A stretch of 20,000 bases of DNA from an uncultured virus (IMG/VR IMGVR_UViG_3300042474_001006) (IMGVR_UViG_3300042474_001006); one strand, 5' to 3'. Positions 1 to 8,583 are shown, numbered from the stretch's first letter. Numbers and translations: made by a program. The notes: generated by a model from the letters alone, not told the origin.

Positions 1-1620
1 ACAGTACCGTCATGGTTTACTCAAACCTACTTTGCTGGTTATACAGATGATGGTTTTAGAATGTATATTGACGGATCATTGGCCATAGACAACTGGGTAG
101 AGCAAGGAACAACTTGGAGTAATTACTCTCCTGTATATGATGTAACTACAGACAAAACATTTGATGTAGAGATTTGGTGGTACAACGGTGGAGGACCTGG
201 ATCTTATCATCTTGGCTGGGCTATCCCTGGAGGATGGACTGGTGCAGGTTGTGACTATGCTGGCAACCCAAGAGTATGGGGACAGGACTTTAGTTGCAAT
301 CTTAATACATTTTCTCATGGATCTGGAGCAACCCAAGAACAAACAAACGCCTACAACAACGCACTTGCTGCAAAGAACTCAGCACAAGATGTATATAATG
401 ACAAACTAAATGTTTATAATCAAGCAGTTTCAACATTAAATGGTTACAATCAAACACTAACTAATAAAACAAATGAATATAACAACTCAGTTTTAAATGT
501 TGCAACGGCACTCCAAAATAAAAATAATGCAATCAGCGCATACAATCAAGCAATCAGTAATGTTAATAGTGCCATTGATAACGCATGGCGTTACTATGAT
601 GAGCAACTACAAAGAGAAATTCAGTCTGCCATTGCTCAAGCAGCAGCCAACGCTGCAGCCAATCAGCCTACTCCAGAACCAACTCCAGAAACAAGCCCTG
701 AACCAAGTACTAAGCCTACAGAAGAACCTACAGAAGAACCTACAGAAGAGCCTACAGAAGAACCTACAGAAGAGCCTACAGAGGAACCAAGCCCTGAACC
801 AACAGAAGAGCCAACTCCAACTCCAACTCCAAAGCCTACAGAGGAAACAAAACCTACTCCTACGCCAAAGCCATCCCCAAAGCCTACAGAGGAACCTACG
901 GAGGAACCTACAGAGGAGCCAACTTCTGAACCTACAGTAGAACCTACACCAGATCCAGAACCAACTACAGAACCAACTACGGAGCCTACTGAAGAACCCA
1001 CAGAAGAGCCTGCTCCTGAGCCTTCGCCAGAACCAGGACCAGAACCTGATCCTGAAGAAAACCCATGGACTGAGCCAGATGTAGAAGTTAAAGATGAGGT
1101 TTTAGCAGAACTTATTCCTGAAAAGGGTACAGGAACAGCAGAAGATTTATCTGGAGTTATTGCTAACCTTACAAGCAAGGACAACAAATTAGTTACACTT
1201 TCTGCTGAACAAGTCACAGCAGTAAGTCAAACCCTTAAAGCATTGACGCAAGAAGCAAAAGTAGAAGTTGCAGAAGACCTTGGCATTAAGCCGTCAGAAG
1301 TTGCAGAGATTGCTGAGCAGATGAAGTCTAACCCAGCACTTGCTGAAGCATTTGTTGAGTTTACTGACAGAGCAGAATCAGCAGGGGATACCCCAATGCC
1401 ATTTACATTAGCAGATGCAGTAACAGAAGTACAAACAGAAGCATTCTTGGCAGACCCACTTGGAGCGGTATTTGATGTGGACCCAGTAGAACTACTATCT
1501 AATTTCTCTGAATTAGGTATGGATATGACAGATGATCAGAGAGAAAAAGCGCAAGAAGTAATTGTCCCAGTGATCATCGTATCACAAATTGCAGGGGCAG
1601 TCATAAGGAGGAACAAATGA
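1..1620 (+). CDS. PA14-domain surface protein with coiled coil, Pro/Thr/Glu-rich linker and C-terminal membrane anchor (5'-truncated)
   Basis: Frame is open from base 1 (TVPSWFTQTYFAGYTDDGFRMYIDG), giving a PA14-type 'DDGFRxYIDG...WxxQ...EIWWYNGGG' signature; N/Q/A heptad helix; EEPT repeats; hydrophobic VIVPVIIVSQIAGAVI followed by RRNK. Confidence 0.75.
   Translation, partial: TVPSWFTQTYFAGYTDDGFRMYIDGSLAIDNWVEQGTTWSNYSPVYDVTTDKTFDVEIWWYNGGGPGSYHLGWAIPGGWTGAGCDYAGNPRVWGQDFSCNLNTFSHGSGATQEQTNAYNNALAAKNSAQDVYNDKLNVYNQAVSTLNGYNQTLTNKTNEYNNSVLNVATALQNKNNAISAYNQAISNVNSAIDNAWRYYDEQLQREIQSAIAQAAANAAANQPTPEPTPETSPEPSTKPTEEPTEEPTEEPTEEPTEEPTEEPSPEPTEEPTPTPTPKPTEETKPTPTPKPSPKPTEEPTEEPTEEPTSEPTVEPTPDPEPTTEPTTEPTEEPTEEPAPEPSPEPGPEPDPEENPWTEPDVEVKDEVLAELIPEKGTGTAEDLSGVIANLTSKDNKLVTLSAEQVTAVSQTLKALTQEAKVEVAEDLGIKPSEVAEIAEQMKSNPALAEAFVEFTDRAESAGDTPMPFTLADAVTEVQTEAFLADPLGAVFDVDPVELLSNFSELGMDMTDDQREKAQEVIVPVIIVSQIAGAVIRRNK
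667..1056 (+). repeat. Coding low-complexity tandem repeat (12-bp GAAGARCCTACA = EEPT units; PEP/PTP units)
   Basis: Repeated gaagaacctaca/gaagagcctaca from 721; encodes the PTEEPTEE linker. Confidence 0.9.
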
Positions 1621-1847
1621 AGATAATCAAAAAGATGTTTAATCTTATAGGCAAGGCAACTAAGGGCTTGGCTAAATGGTTTAAAGACGCGGGAATGGAG
1701 CTAATTGCCCAGGCATTCACCCTCCTAGGCTTCTTTATTGCATGGCTAACTTTGACGGGCTCAGCTAGAGATATTGTTGGAATTGCAGTATTAATAACTA
1801 CTGTAATTTGGCTAATAACTATACCACTTAGAAAAGACGATAAATAG
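1617..1847 (+). CDS. Small 2-TM membrane protein, holin-like candidate
   Basis: ATGA overlap, aggagg RBS, two hydrophobic segments, basic N-terminus, upstream of the endolysin. Confidence 0.55.
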   Translation: MKIIKKMFNLIGKATKGLAKWFKDAGMELIAQAFTLLGFFIAWLTLTGSARDIVGIAVLITTVIWLITIPLRKDDK

Positions 1848-1855
1848 TGTATAAT
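1848..1855 (+). promoter_or_regulatory. -10 element (TATAAT) 6 nt before ATG 1862, leaderless
   Basis: tagtgTATAAT tgtact ATG; no SD. Confidence 0.6.
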
Positions 1856-1861
1856 TGTACT

Positions 1862-2083
1862 ATGAGGAAAATATTCGCTATTGCTTTAGCAGGCTTATTG
1901 ATGATATCATTAAGTGCATGTTCACCAGAATCTTTAAATAGATACCGCTATCCATGCCAAGATCCTAAAAATTGGGAAATTGCAGAATGCAATCCTCCAG
2001 AATGCGAAGCTACGCAGACTTGCACAAAAGATGTAATAAAAATTACACCTACTACACCAGAACAGGAAATAACAAATGGCTAA
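1862..2083 (+). CDS. Small Cys-rich lipoprotein
   Basis: MRKIFAIALAGLLMISLSAC: signal peptide with LSAC lipobox; four further Cys. Start moved to ATG 1862. Confidence 0.7.
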   Translation: MRKIFAIALAGLLMISLSACSPESLNRYRYPCQDPKNWEIAECNPPECEATQTCTKDVIKITPTTPEQEITNG

Positions 2084-2486
2084 ACAAAAATTAACGCCTG
2101 CAGATTTAGATGCCCGCTTAAAGTTTATTCTAGGAATAACACTCGGAAGCATTCTATTCATGACGGCTCTTGGAATTATTTATGGGTTGTTGTTTGTAAC
2201 ACAACCTATCGGAGCTCAGTCAGAAAATGACAAGATGTTCTTTAATGTTTTAGGTAGCATTGCAACATTTATTACAGGAACACTTGCAGGAATTCTAATT
2301 GGTAACTCAGGCGCTAAAGATATTATGGCAGCACAGATACAAAATAAAGAAGTAGATGCAAAAAATACACAGGCAGATAAAAAATTAGAAGCAGAAATTG
2401 ATGCAACTGCAGCTCGTTTGGCAGCAAAGCCAGATGGAGCAATGCCAGAAGAGCAACCAGTTGATCTAGATTGGGATAAAGACTAA
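2076..2486 (+). CDS. 2-TM membrane protein with charged C-terminal tail (holin-like candidate)
   Basis: Two TM helices; stop overlaps the endolysin start (TAATG). Confidence 0.55.
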   Translation: MAKQKLTPADLDARLKFILGITLGSILFMTALGIIYGLLFVTQPIGAQSENDKMFFNVLGSIATFITGTLAGILIGNSGAKDIMAAQIQNKEVDAKNTQADKKLEAEIDATAARLAAKPDGAMPEEQPVDLDWDKD

Positions 2487-3115
2487 TGGCAGAACAAGGT
2501 ACAGCAGCTCGTCTAATAGAAGTTGCTACAGCAGAGCTAGGAACTATTGAAGGTCCTAAAGACAACGAAACTAAATACGGTGCTTTTATGAAAGCAAACT
2601 TCCAACCATGGTGCGGAAGTTTCGTAAACTGGTGCGGGTCAGAATCTGGCGTAAAGATTCCTAATACTGTTTACACACCAGGAGGTGCAGCAGCATTTAA
2701 AAAAGCTGGTGCTTGGATTGATGTAGATGTTGCAGATCCAGAGCCAGGAGATATAGCGTATTTTGATTTCCCTTCAGATGGCGTCGATAGAATTTCTCAC
2801 GTAGGTATTGTTGTTAAAGACAATGAGGATGGAACTGTTTGGTGTATAGAAGGAAACACATCTTCAAAAAAGTCTGGAAGCCAAAGAAATGGCGGAGAAG
2901 TTTGCAAACAACTTCGTGCTTACAAGAAAAATAAAGCTGGTGTTCTTATTTCAATCGTAGGATTTGGAAGACCAAAGTTTGTTGGATCAGCAAAGATTGA
3001 AACAAAGACTTCATCAAAGCCATCTACATCACAAAAGATACCAGCAAAGATAGATCCTAAAGTTAAAGCGGCAATTGATTTATTAACTAAAAACGGATAT
3101 ACTGTATCAAAGTAA
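2486..3115 (+). CDS. CHAP-domain peptidoglycan hydrolase (endolysin)
   Basis: QPWCGSFVNWC, PGDIAYFD, SHVGIV and IEGNTS are CHAP Cys/His/Glu motifs. Confidence 0.88.
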   Translation: MAEQGTAARLIEVATAELGTIEGPKDNETKYGAFMKANFQPWCGSFVNWCGSESGVKIPNTVYTPGGAAAFKKAGAWIDVDVADPEPGDIAYFDFPSDGVDRISHVGIVVKDNEDGTVWCIEGNTSSKKSGSQRNGGEVCKQLRAYKKNKAGVLISIVGFGRPKFVGSAKIETKTSSKPSTSQKIPAKIDPKVKAAIDLLTKNGYTVSK

Positions 3116-3271
3116 ATGAATAAATATTTGATTAAGCTAGAAATTTCAGCAGAGGTAGAAGCTTTTGATGAAAATGATGCAAAAGAATACATCTCGGATG
3201 TATTTGGCACAGACGATGAAGTAAAGTCTGTAAAAATTGCATCAATAAAAATAAAAGGGGACAAAAAATGA
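3116..3271 (+). CDS. Hypothetical 51-aa acidic protein (not in ORF track)
   Basis: MNKYLIKLEISAEVEAFDENDAKEYISDVFG...; fills the gap exactly, ATGA overlap with next gene. Confidence 0.75.
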   Translation: MNKYLIKLEISAEVEAFDENDAKEYISDVFGTDDEVKSVKIASIKIKGDKK

Positions 3272-4155
3272 AATCATTATATGATCTAGAATTAAATGCA
3301 GCAGACGGTACACCAGACTTTTTGAAAAAGTATAAAGGTAAGGTTACAATGTTTGTAAACACTACAGTAGGTTGTGGAAATGCAAACCAAATGGAGGTCT
3401 TAGAGTGGCTTCAGCAGAAATACAAAGACAGAGGCTTTGAGATTGTAGCTCTTCCAACAAATGATTACTGCGGTCCAGGAGTTACAAAGGGAGCATGGTC
3501 ACAAGGATTAGTTGAAGGAATGGATTCACAAAACTATGGTTGCGATGTATACGGGACTACATTTGGATTCTCTGAAAAAGTAAACTCAATTCCAAACAGA
3601 GAGATAGTCGGGGATCTAAATGGCATAGACCAGCCATTTGGAGAGCCAAGCGAAGTTTTTAATGTAATTTCAGACCACGCAAATAATTTATGGGGTAAGG
3701 CCCTAGAGCTAGGAATACAATTCCCATTTGACCAGTATTACTCATGGTGGCTATGCCAAGGATTTTATTCTGGAGCAATTCAAGCTGCAAATTTTGAGAA
3801 GTACCTTGTAGATAAAGATGGTTTTGTAGTTAAACACTATTCTCCTTCAGTTCTCAACCTAGATGTTGAAAAAACACTAAAAGAAAACCTAATGAATGAT
3901 CTAGGTCTAGACTATGGAGACTTTGGATCAGATCTATCTAGAATAGAACATAGCCCTAATATTTCAATAGAAGAGGGTGGCAGAGCGGAACTTGCCGCAG
4001 ACCATGTATTAATGGTTTCACACAGACAACAAATTGCACCAGGACCAGGACATGGAAGATCTTACAAGCTATTTGAAGAAGAGTGGGATGTTGTATGCTC
4101 ACACATTGAAGAATTGCTAAATGGTGAAGTTTCAATGATTAACCCAAATAAATAA
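3268..4155 (+). CDS. Divergent glutathione peroxidase-family (thioredoxin-fold) protein
   Basis: KGKVTMFVNTTVGCG, KYKDRGFEIVALPTNDY and NFEKYLVDKDGFVVKHY match GPx blocks; has an insertion and a C-terminal extension. Confidence 0.8.
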   Translation: MKSLYDLELNAADGTPDFLKKYKGKVTMFVNTTVGCGNANQMEVLEWLQQKYKDRGFEIVALPTNDYCGPGVTKGAWSQGLVEGMDSQNYGCDVYGTTFGFSEKVNSIPNREIVGDLNGIDQPFGEPSEVFNVISDHANNLWGKALELGIQFPFDQYYSWWLCQGFYSGAIQAANFEKYLVDKDGFVVKHYSPSVLNLDVEKTLKENLMNDLGLDYGDFGSDLSRIEHSPNISIEEGGRAELAADHVLMVSHRQQIAPGPGHGRSYKLFEEEWDVVCSHIEELLNGEVSMINPNK

Positions 4156-4164
4156 CAAAAACAG

Positions 4165-4194
4165 TTGACAACTACTGTTTTGCTCCTGTATAAT
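4165..4194 (+). promoter_or_regulatory. Sigma70/SigA-type promoter TTGACA-18-TATAAT
   Basis: TTGACA 4165-4170, TATAAT 4189-4194. Confidence 0.8.
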
Positions 4195-4227
4195 AATGTA
4201 TAGGTATAAAAAAGACAAATTGGACAG

Positions 4228-4461
4228 ATGCTACATTTATATGAAAACGGAGTAGAAATTCTAAGGAACAAAATTCCTAAGAATAAGTTTGATTTATACT
4301 GGAACAATTATAATTTAATTGTTTGGGAGAAAAATAATAGCGGATATTTTGACACCAAGGGCGTTTATAAAAATAATTCCTGGGGAATCGCTAATGAGTT
4401 TCCAGTTAATTCAAAAGGGGCATGGACTCTTCCGCTAAAGTATGTCAAATATTTTAAATGA
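4228..4461 (+). CDS. Hypothetical protein
   Basis: ORF downstream of the promoter, overlapping the whiB start. Confidence 0.7.
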   Translation: MLHLYENGVEILRNKIPKNKFDLYWNNYNLIVWEKNNSGYFDTKGVYKNNSWGIANEFPVNSKGAWTLPLKYVKYFK

Positions 4462-4753
4462 ATTAGATTCAGATGAGCAATCAATAAGATGGTGGCATTT
4501 AGCTGCCTGCAATGGCATGGAAACAAATTTATTTTTTGATAAATACGAGTCTGATGTTAATATGGCTAAGGCTATAGATCAGTGTTGCTTATCATGCCCA
4601 GTTATGTTAATGTGTAGTGATGCTGGGGTAAAGAATAATGAATACGGAGTTTGGGGCGGAGTATTTTTGTCATCTGGCTTAATGGATAAAATGAAAAATG
4701 CACACAAAACAAAAGAAGTATGGAAACAGATTAAGGCAAAACAAAATGTCTAA
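4442..4753 (+). CDS. whiB: WhiB-family Fe-S transcription factor
   Basis: W..AAC...FF...CLSCPVMLMC...EYGVWGG followed by a basic C-terminus. Confidence 0.92.
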   Translation: MSNILNELDSDEQSIRWWHLAACNGMETNLFFDKYESDVNMAKAIDQCCLSCPVMLMCSDAGVKNNEYGVWGGVFLSSGLMDKMKNAHKTKEVWKQIKAKQNV

Positions 4754-5051
4754 TGTTTATGATAATAATCATTTTAAGTATGGAATGAATCAATGGACTG
4801 GTGAGCCAAATAAACCAGTTTTTTATAATCTAGAAATGAAAAAAAAGTTATGGGAACTAAAAAAGCCAATGTTTTTGCTCATGGATGTTGTGGAGTACCC
4901 AGAGTTTTTAGCATTAAGATTATATGAAGATAACTTTATTCAATTTGATGGTATAGAAAAAGAAAAAGTTATAGACTATGTGTCTAGGGCAAAAAAGCTA
5001 CTTGAGTCATATGGGGTTAGAGTAGAGCTTGAAGGAAGGCCAATGGCATGA
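4746..5051 (+). CDS. Hypothetical protein
   Basis: ATG 4746 overlapping the whiB end is preferred over 4698. Confidence 0.7.
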   Translation: MSNVYDNNHFKYGMNQWTGEPNKPVFYNLEMKKKLWELKKPMFLLMDVVEYPEFLALRLYEDNFIQFDGIEKEKVIDYVSRAKKLLESYGVRVELEGRPMA

Positions 5052-5512
5052 ACGAATTAAAGTCAGAACATATTTCCGTAGTCGACAACTTTTTAAAAGA
5101 AAACTCAAACGGAAGCACCCACTATATGCTAACTATTGCAAGAGATGGAGAAAGCCCAGCTAGATCAATTTATCATTACAACGGCCCAATTGATGTAACC
5201 GAAGCTTATAATAAATACACAGACTGGGGATTTGCAAAAGAATATCTAACTGTAACAATGTATGGCCCAGGGGGACAACTTGCACAAAAGGTACTTCGTA
5301 GGTCATCTGGCGGAACGCAAGGAGACTGTACATTTGTAAGAGAAGACTACATAAAGGCAGAAAGTATTATATTAAAATATAAAAGTGATATGCAAGAAGA
5401 CAAATATAAGAGCCTAGTAAAAGATTTTGCTGGGCTATTTTCAAGAGACAACATCAGATTTGATGTAAGTCGTTTTTTTAAAGCAACAGAATGCGAAGAG
5501 GTTTTTGAATGA
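5048..5512 (+). CDS. Hypothetical protein
   Basis: ATGA-coupled 154-aa ORF. Confidence 0.75.
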   Translation: MNELKSEHISVVDNFLKENSNGSTHYMLTIARDGESPARSIYHYNGPIDVTEAYNKYTDWGFAKEYLTVTMYGPGGQLAQKVLRRSSGGTQGDCTFVREDYIKAESIILKYKSDMQEDKYKSLVKDFAGLFSRDNIRFDVSRFFKATECEEVFE

Positions 5513-5748
5513 GTGAAAAGATATTTTGTTATTCATGTAACAAGACAAAGAATAAATTGAACTTAAGAAAATCATCATTATTGACAATTAACTTGTTCTT
5601 GTGTCAAACATGTATAGACAACAAGTTTGAGCCTAGATGGGTAGTATTAATTGCTGGCAGACAAAATGGACATGAGCATGTTAAAGATTTTATACAGAAA
5701 AAAAGATATATTGGCGCAGAAATTGCAGCATCTGAGCTATTAGTTTAG
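5509..5748 (+). CDS. Zn-finger protein (CxxC...CxxC)
   Basis: CYSC and CQTC; ATGA overlap. Confidence 0.7.
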   Translation: MSEKIFCYSCNKTKNKLNLRKSSLLTINLFLCQTCIDNKFEPRWVVLIAGRQNGHEHVKDFIQKKRYIGAEIAASELLV

Positions 5749-5777
5749 ATTAAATATAAGGTATAATATGATATATA

Positions 5778-6092
5778 ATGGAAATATCATATATCACCAT
5801 AGTGGTTTCAATATTAGCGGCAAGCTTAAGTGGTTTTGGTACCGCCATCGTTGCTGGTATTAGAGACGCCAAAAAAGAAAAAAATAGGCGGGAAGAGAAA
5901 GAAAAAGACCAGCTCAGATTAGATATGAAAGATCTTAAGATTGAGTTATATCAATTAGAGAAAGAATTAACTGAGTGGAAAGACAAATATTATAAAGCCA
6001 TCCAGGATTTAATTGAAATGAAGTCTGAATTAGATAATGTAATTAATCAATTAAATCACCTAGAATATCATGAGATGCTGGACACAGAATAA
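5778..6092 (+). CDS. N-terminal TM + coiled-coil protein
   Basis: Hydrophobic N-terminus and heptad-rich C-terminus; TATAAT at 5762-5767. Confidence 0.7.
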   Translation: MEISYITIVVSILAASLSGFGTAIVAGIRDAKKEKNRREEKEKDQLRLDMKDLKIELYQLEKELTEWKDKYYKAIQDLIEMKSELDNVINQLNHLEYHEMLDTE

Positions 6093-6113
6093 TTAAAATA
6101 GTACAATAGAAAT

Positions 6114-6671
6114 ATGACTTGTATTGTTGCAATTGCCCAGGGTGGTGTCGTTTATATGGCATCAGACCATGCTGCCTCTGACGAAAAAACTGGTTGGATC
6201 CTGTCAAGAAAAGAACCAAAGTGTTTTAAAGTTGGTCAGTATGCTATTGCATTTACAGATTCATTTCGCATGGGGCAAATTCTTCAGTATATGTGGACTC
6301 CACCAAAATACACACCAACAAAAACTAATTCTGGATTAGATAAGTTTATGAGAACTAAGTTTGTTGATTCTGTTAAGGCTGCATTTAAAGAGCATGGATA
6401 CGGAAGCATTGGATCATCATCTGAGGAAGATACTGGTGGAATTTTTATAGTAGGTCTTGAAGGTAGAATCTTTACTATAGATGAAGACTTCCATGTTGGA
6501 GAAAACATAGTAAACTATATGGCAGAAGGAAGCGGTGGACAGATAGCATTAGGTGCACTTCATGCTACAAAGAATCAAAAGAACCCAAGACTGAGGCTTA
6601 AGGCAGCATTAGAAGCAGCAACTGAGTTTAATATGAGCGTATCTGCCCCCTATACATACATTCAAGTTTAG
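6114..6671 (+). CDS. HslV/proteasome beta-like Ntn-hydrolase protease
   Basis: N-terminal (M)TCIVAI...MASD, conserved K, and GSGGxIALGAL; TACAAT 6 nt upstream. Confidence 0.82.
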   Translation: MTCIVAIAQGGVVYMASDHAASDEKTGWILSRKEPKCFKVGQYAIAFTDSFRMGQILQYMWTPPKYTPTKTNSGLDKFMRTKFVDSVKAAFKEHGYGSIGSSSEEDTGGIFIVGLEGRIFTIDEDFHVGENIVNYMAEGSGGQIALGALHATKNQKNPRLRLKAALEAATEFNMSVSAPYTYIQV

Positions 6672-6685
6672 TGTATAATTAGACA

Positions 6686-6892
6686 ATGGACATCAACGAC
6701 CTAAGACCAGATTATTCTCACTCAATGGACGTAAGAGGTGTACCAACACACATATGCCCATGCGGTTGTGAAATATGGAACCTTAAAGTTCTTTTTGAGG
6801 ATTGTGAAATTGCAACGTACTTTTTAGACATGGAGTGTGCTAATTGTGGCACACTAGCAACGGCGCCAACGCCACTGGATAGAGAAGAATAA
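6686..6892 (+). CDS. Zn-ribbon protein
   Basis: CPCGC...CANCG; TATAAT (6674-6679) 6 nt upstream. Confidence 0.7.
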   Translation: MDINDLRPDYSHSMDVRGVPTHICPCGCEIWNLKVLFEDCEIATYFLDMECANCGTLATAPTPLDREE

Positions 6893-6894
6893 AT

Positions 6895-7074
6895 ATGAGA
6901 TCACAAAGAAGAATTGATATGCTAGAGCTTGAACTATATAAGCTTAGAATTGAATTAGATATAATGCATGAGATTATGAGCAACGTAATTAATACTCAGG
7001 TACAAGCGGCGGAAGCAAGAAACATGGATTCTGGTAAATGGTATCCACGCAAGAACCCAACACAAAATTCATAA
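6895..7074 (+). CDS. Hypothetical 59-aa coiled-coil protein (not in ORF track)
   Basis: MRSQRRIDMLELELYKLRIELDIMHEIMSN...; fills the gap. Confidence 0.7.
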   Translation: MRSQRRIDMLELELYKLRIELDIMHEIMSNVINTQVQAAEARNMDSGKWYPRKNPTQNS

Positions 7075-7078
7075 TCTA

Positions 7079-7107
7079 TTGACAACCATCGCTGAATTTA
7101 GTAGAAT
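7079..7107 (+). promoter_or_regulatory. Promoter TTGACA-17-TAGAAT, leaderless to ATG 7115
   Basis: TTGACA 7079-7084, TAGAAT 7102-7107, ATG 7 nt later. Confidence 0.75.
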
Positions 7108-7114
7108 TAGCTTT

Positions 7115-8077
7115 ATGAAAAAACTAATAACTATGGCAATTATCGCCAGCACACTCGCTATTACCACAATGCCTGCACAGGCAAATCTAAAGCCAAAAAC
7201 AGTTGTCCCAACATTGGCTATTTTAGACACAGCGCTAGACACATCAATCCCATCAATTAAGTCAAGACTAGTTGCTGAGGTATGCATTTTAGATTGGCCA
7301 TCATGTCCAAATAAAACTAAATTTATGGAGGGCGCAGGAGCATCAGTTCTTCCAATTAGTATGTTATCAACAAATAACTTTAACCATGGAACACAAATGG
7401 CTTCTGCAGCAATTGCAGCTAATCCAAACATTAATATCGTATTCATTCGAATTGTTGGAAACACAACAAAGGGCGGGGTACAAACGTACGGACTAAACAC
7501 TCTCGTAAACGCTTTAACATGGGTTAATAACAACAAAGCTAAGTACAATATTGTAGCGGTTGCATCATCTCATGCTACTAATGCTCCAGTTATTAAGCGC
7601 AGCGCAACATCTGCTTATTGTTTACCAACAGCAGTTGATACAGTAGTTTCTAATTTAAATAACTCTGGTGTACCAGTATTTTTCCCTTCTGGAAATAGTG
7701 CTGGAAATCCAAGTATGAAGGGCAAGATTGAGTGGCCAGCATGTATTAGCCAGTCAATTGCAGTTGGTGGAGTTGAAACTCTAAATCTAGATAAGCCTCA
7801 AGTTTCTTTAACAAGTAACTATGATGTAAACCTTGTAGATCTGTGGGGTGAAATCCAGCAGCCAACTATTTATCCTGGAAATGTTAACGGGTATTCTTAT
7901 GGAACATCTGTTTCCGTTCAGGTAATTGCTGCAAAGTACGTACACCTTAAGACTACAAAGCCTACATTAACATCAGCACAGCTGATTTCATTAATGAAGA
8001 CTGCTTCTGATCCAGTAGAAAACTCTTATGGACAAAATGTTTATCTGTTTAAGTTGAGTAAAGTAATCAATGGATAG
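7115..8077 (+). CDS. Secreted S8 subtilisin-like serine protease
   Basis: Signal peptide MKKLITMAIIAS...AQA; catalytic ILDT, NHGTQMAS, oxyanion SGN, and GTSVS. Confidence 0.85.
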   Translation: MKKLITMAIIASTLAITTMPAQANLKPKTVVPTLAILDTALDTSIPSIKSRLVAEVCILDWPSCPNKTKFMEGAGASVLPISMLSTNNFNHGTQMASAAIAANPNINIVFIRIVGNTTKGGVQTYGLNTLVNALTWVNNNKAKYNIVAVASSHATNAPVIKRSATSAYCLPTAVDTVVSNLNNSGVPVFFPSGNSAGNPSMKGKIEWPACISQSIAVGGVETLNLDKPQVSLTSNYDVNLVDLWGEIQQPTIYPGNVNGYSYGTSVSVQVIAAKYVHLKTTKPTLTSAQLISLMKTASDPVENSYGQNVYLFKLSKVING

Positions 8078-8279
8078 CAAGTTAACTATCCTTGAAGAAA
8101 TAATCAAGGAAATTGGTGAGGAGTTGTACCAGAAATGGTACAACGCCCTTGCCATTGAAGATAGAACAGAAGAAGCTTCAAAAGCGATGTCTACAAATGC
8201 TGGTGAGACAGCACTCTGGGTTATTCAAACATTTATGAATAAGTTTAATAATGCAGCGGACGAACTAAAAGGAGAATAG
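8070..8279 (+). CDS. Hypothetical helical protein
   Basis: Overlapping 69-aa ORF. Confidence 0.7.
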   Translation: MDSKLTILEEIIKEIGEELYQKWYNALAIEDRTEEASKAMSTNAGETALWVIQTFMNKFNNAADELKGE

Positions 8280-8280
8280 A

Positions 8281-8583
8281 TTGATAGTTACAGATGAAAG
8301 CTTTGATAGAGTACTAGATTCTCACAATCTAGTCCTTATTGATTTCTGGGCTCCATGGTGCGGACCATGCTTAAAGGTGTCTCCAATATTAGATGAGATA
8401 TCAAATGAGTGCGGGCTCTGGGTAGGAAAGCTAAATGTTGATGAAAATCCTATAAAATCAGCAGAATACTCTGTAACTTCTATCCCTTATATGGTACTAT
8501 TTAAGTCGGGGAAACCAGTAAAGACTATTACTGGAGCAAAACCTAAGCATGTAATGCTAGAAGAACTTTCAGAATGGATCTAG
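8281..8583 (+). CDS. trxA: Thioredoxin
   Basis: DFWAPWCGPC, KLNVDENP, SIP; TTG start with aggag RBS. Confidence 0.93.
   Translation: MIVTDESFDRVLDSHNLVLIDFWAPWCGPCLKVSPILDEISNECGLWVGKLNVDENPIKSAEYSVTSIPYMVLFKSGKPVKTITGAKPKHVMLEELSEWI

Noticed and set aside
715..1010. Regular short repeats as a possible CRISPR array
   Set aside because: In-frame 12-bp coding units with wobble variation and no unique spacers.
663..1217. 184-aa minus-strand Gly/Ser/Val ORF
   Set aside because: Antisense shadow of the PTEE repeat; no independent signals.
3268..4155. Selenocysteine GPx or stop-codon recoding
   Set aside because: The active-site codon is TGT with no in-frame TGA; TAA, TAG and TGA all act as stops across the window.
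7069..7548. 159-aa minus-strand ORF, and similar minus ORFs within 8813-9934
   Set aside because: They lie opposite well-supported + strand genes and carry no motifs.
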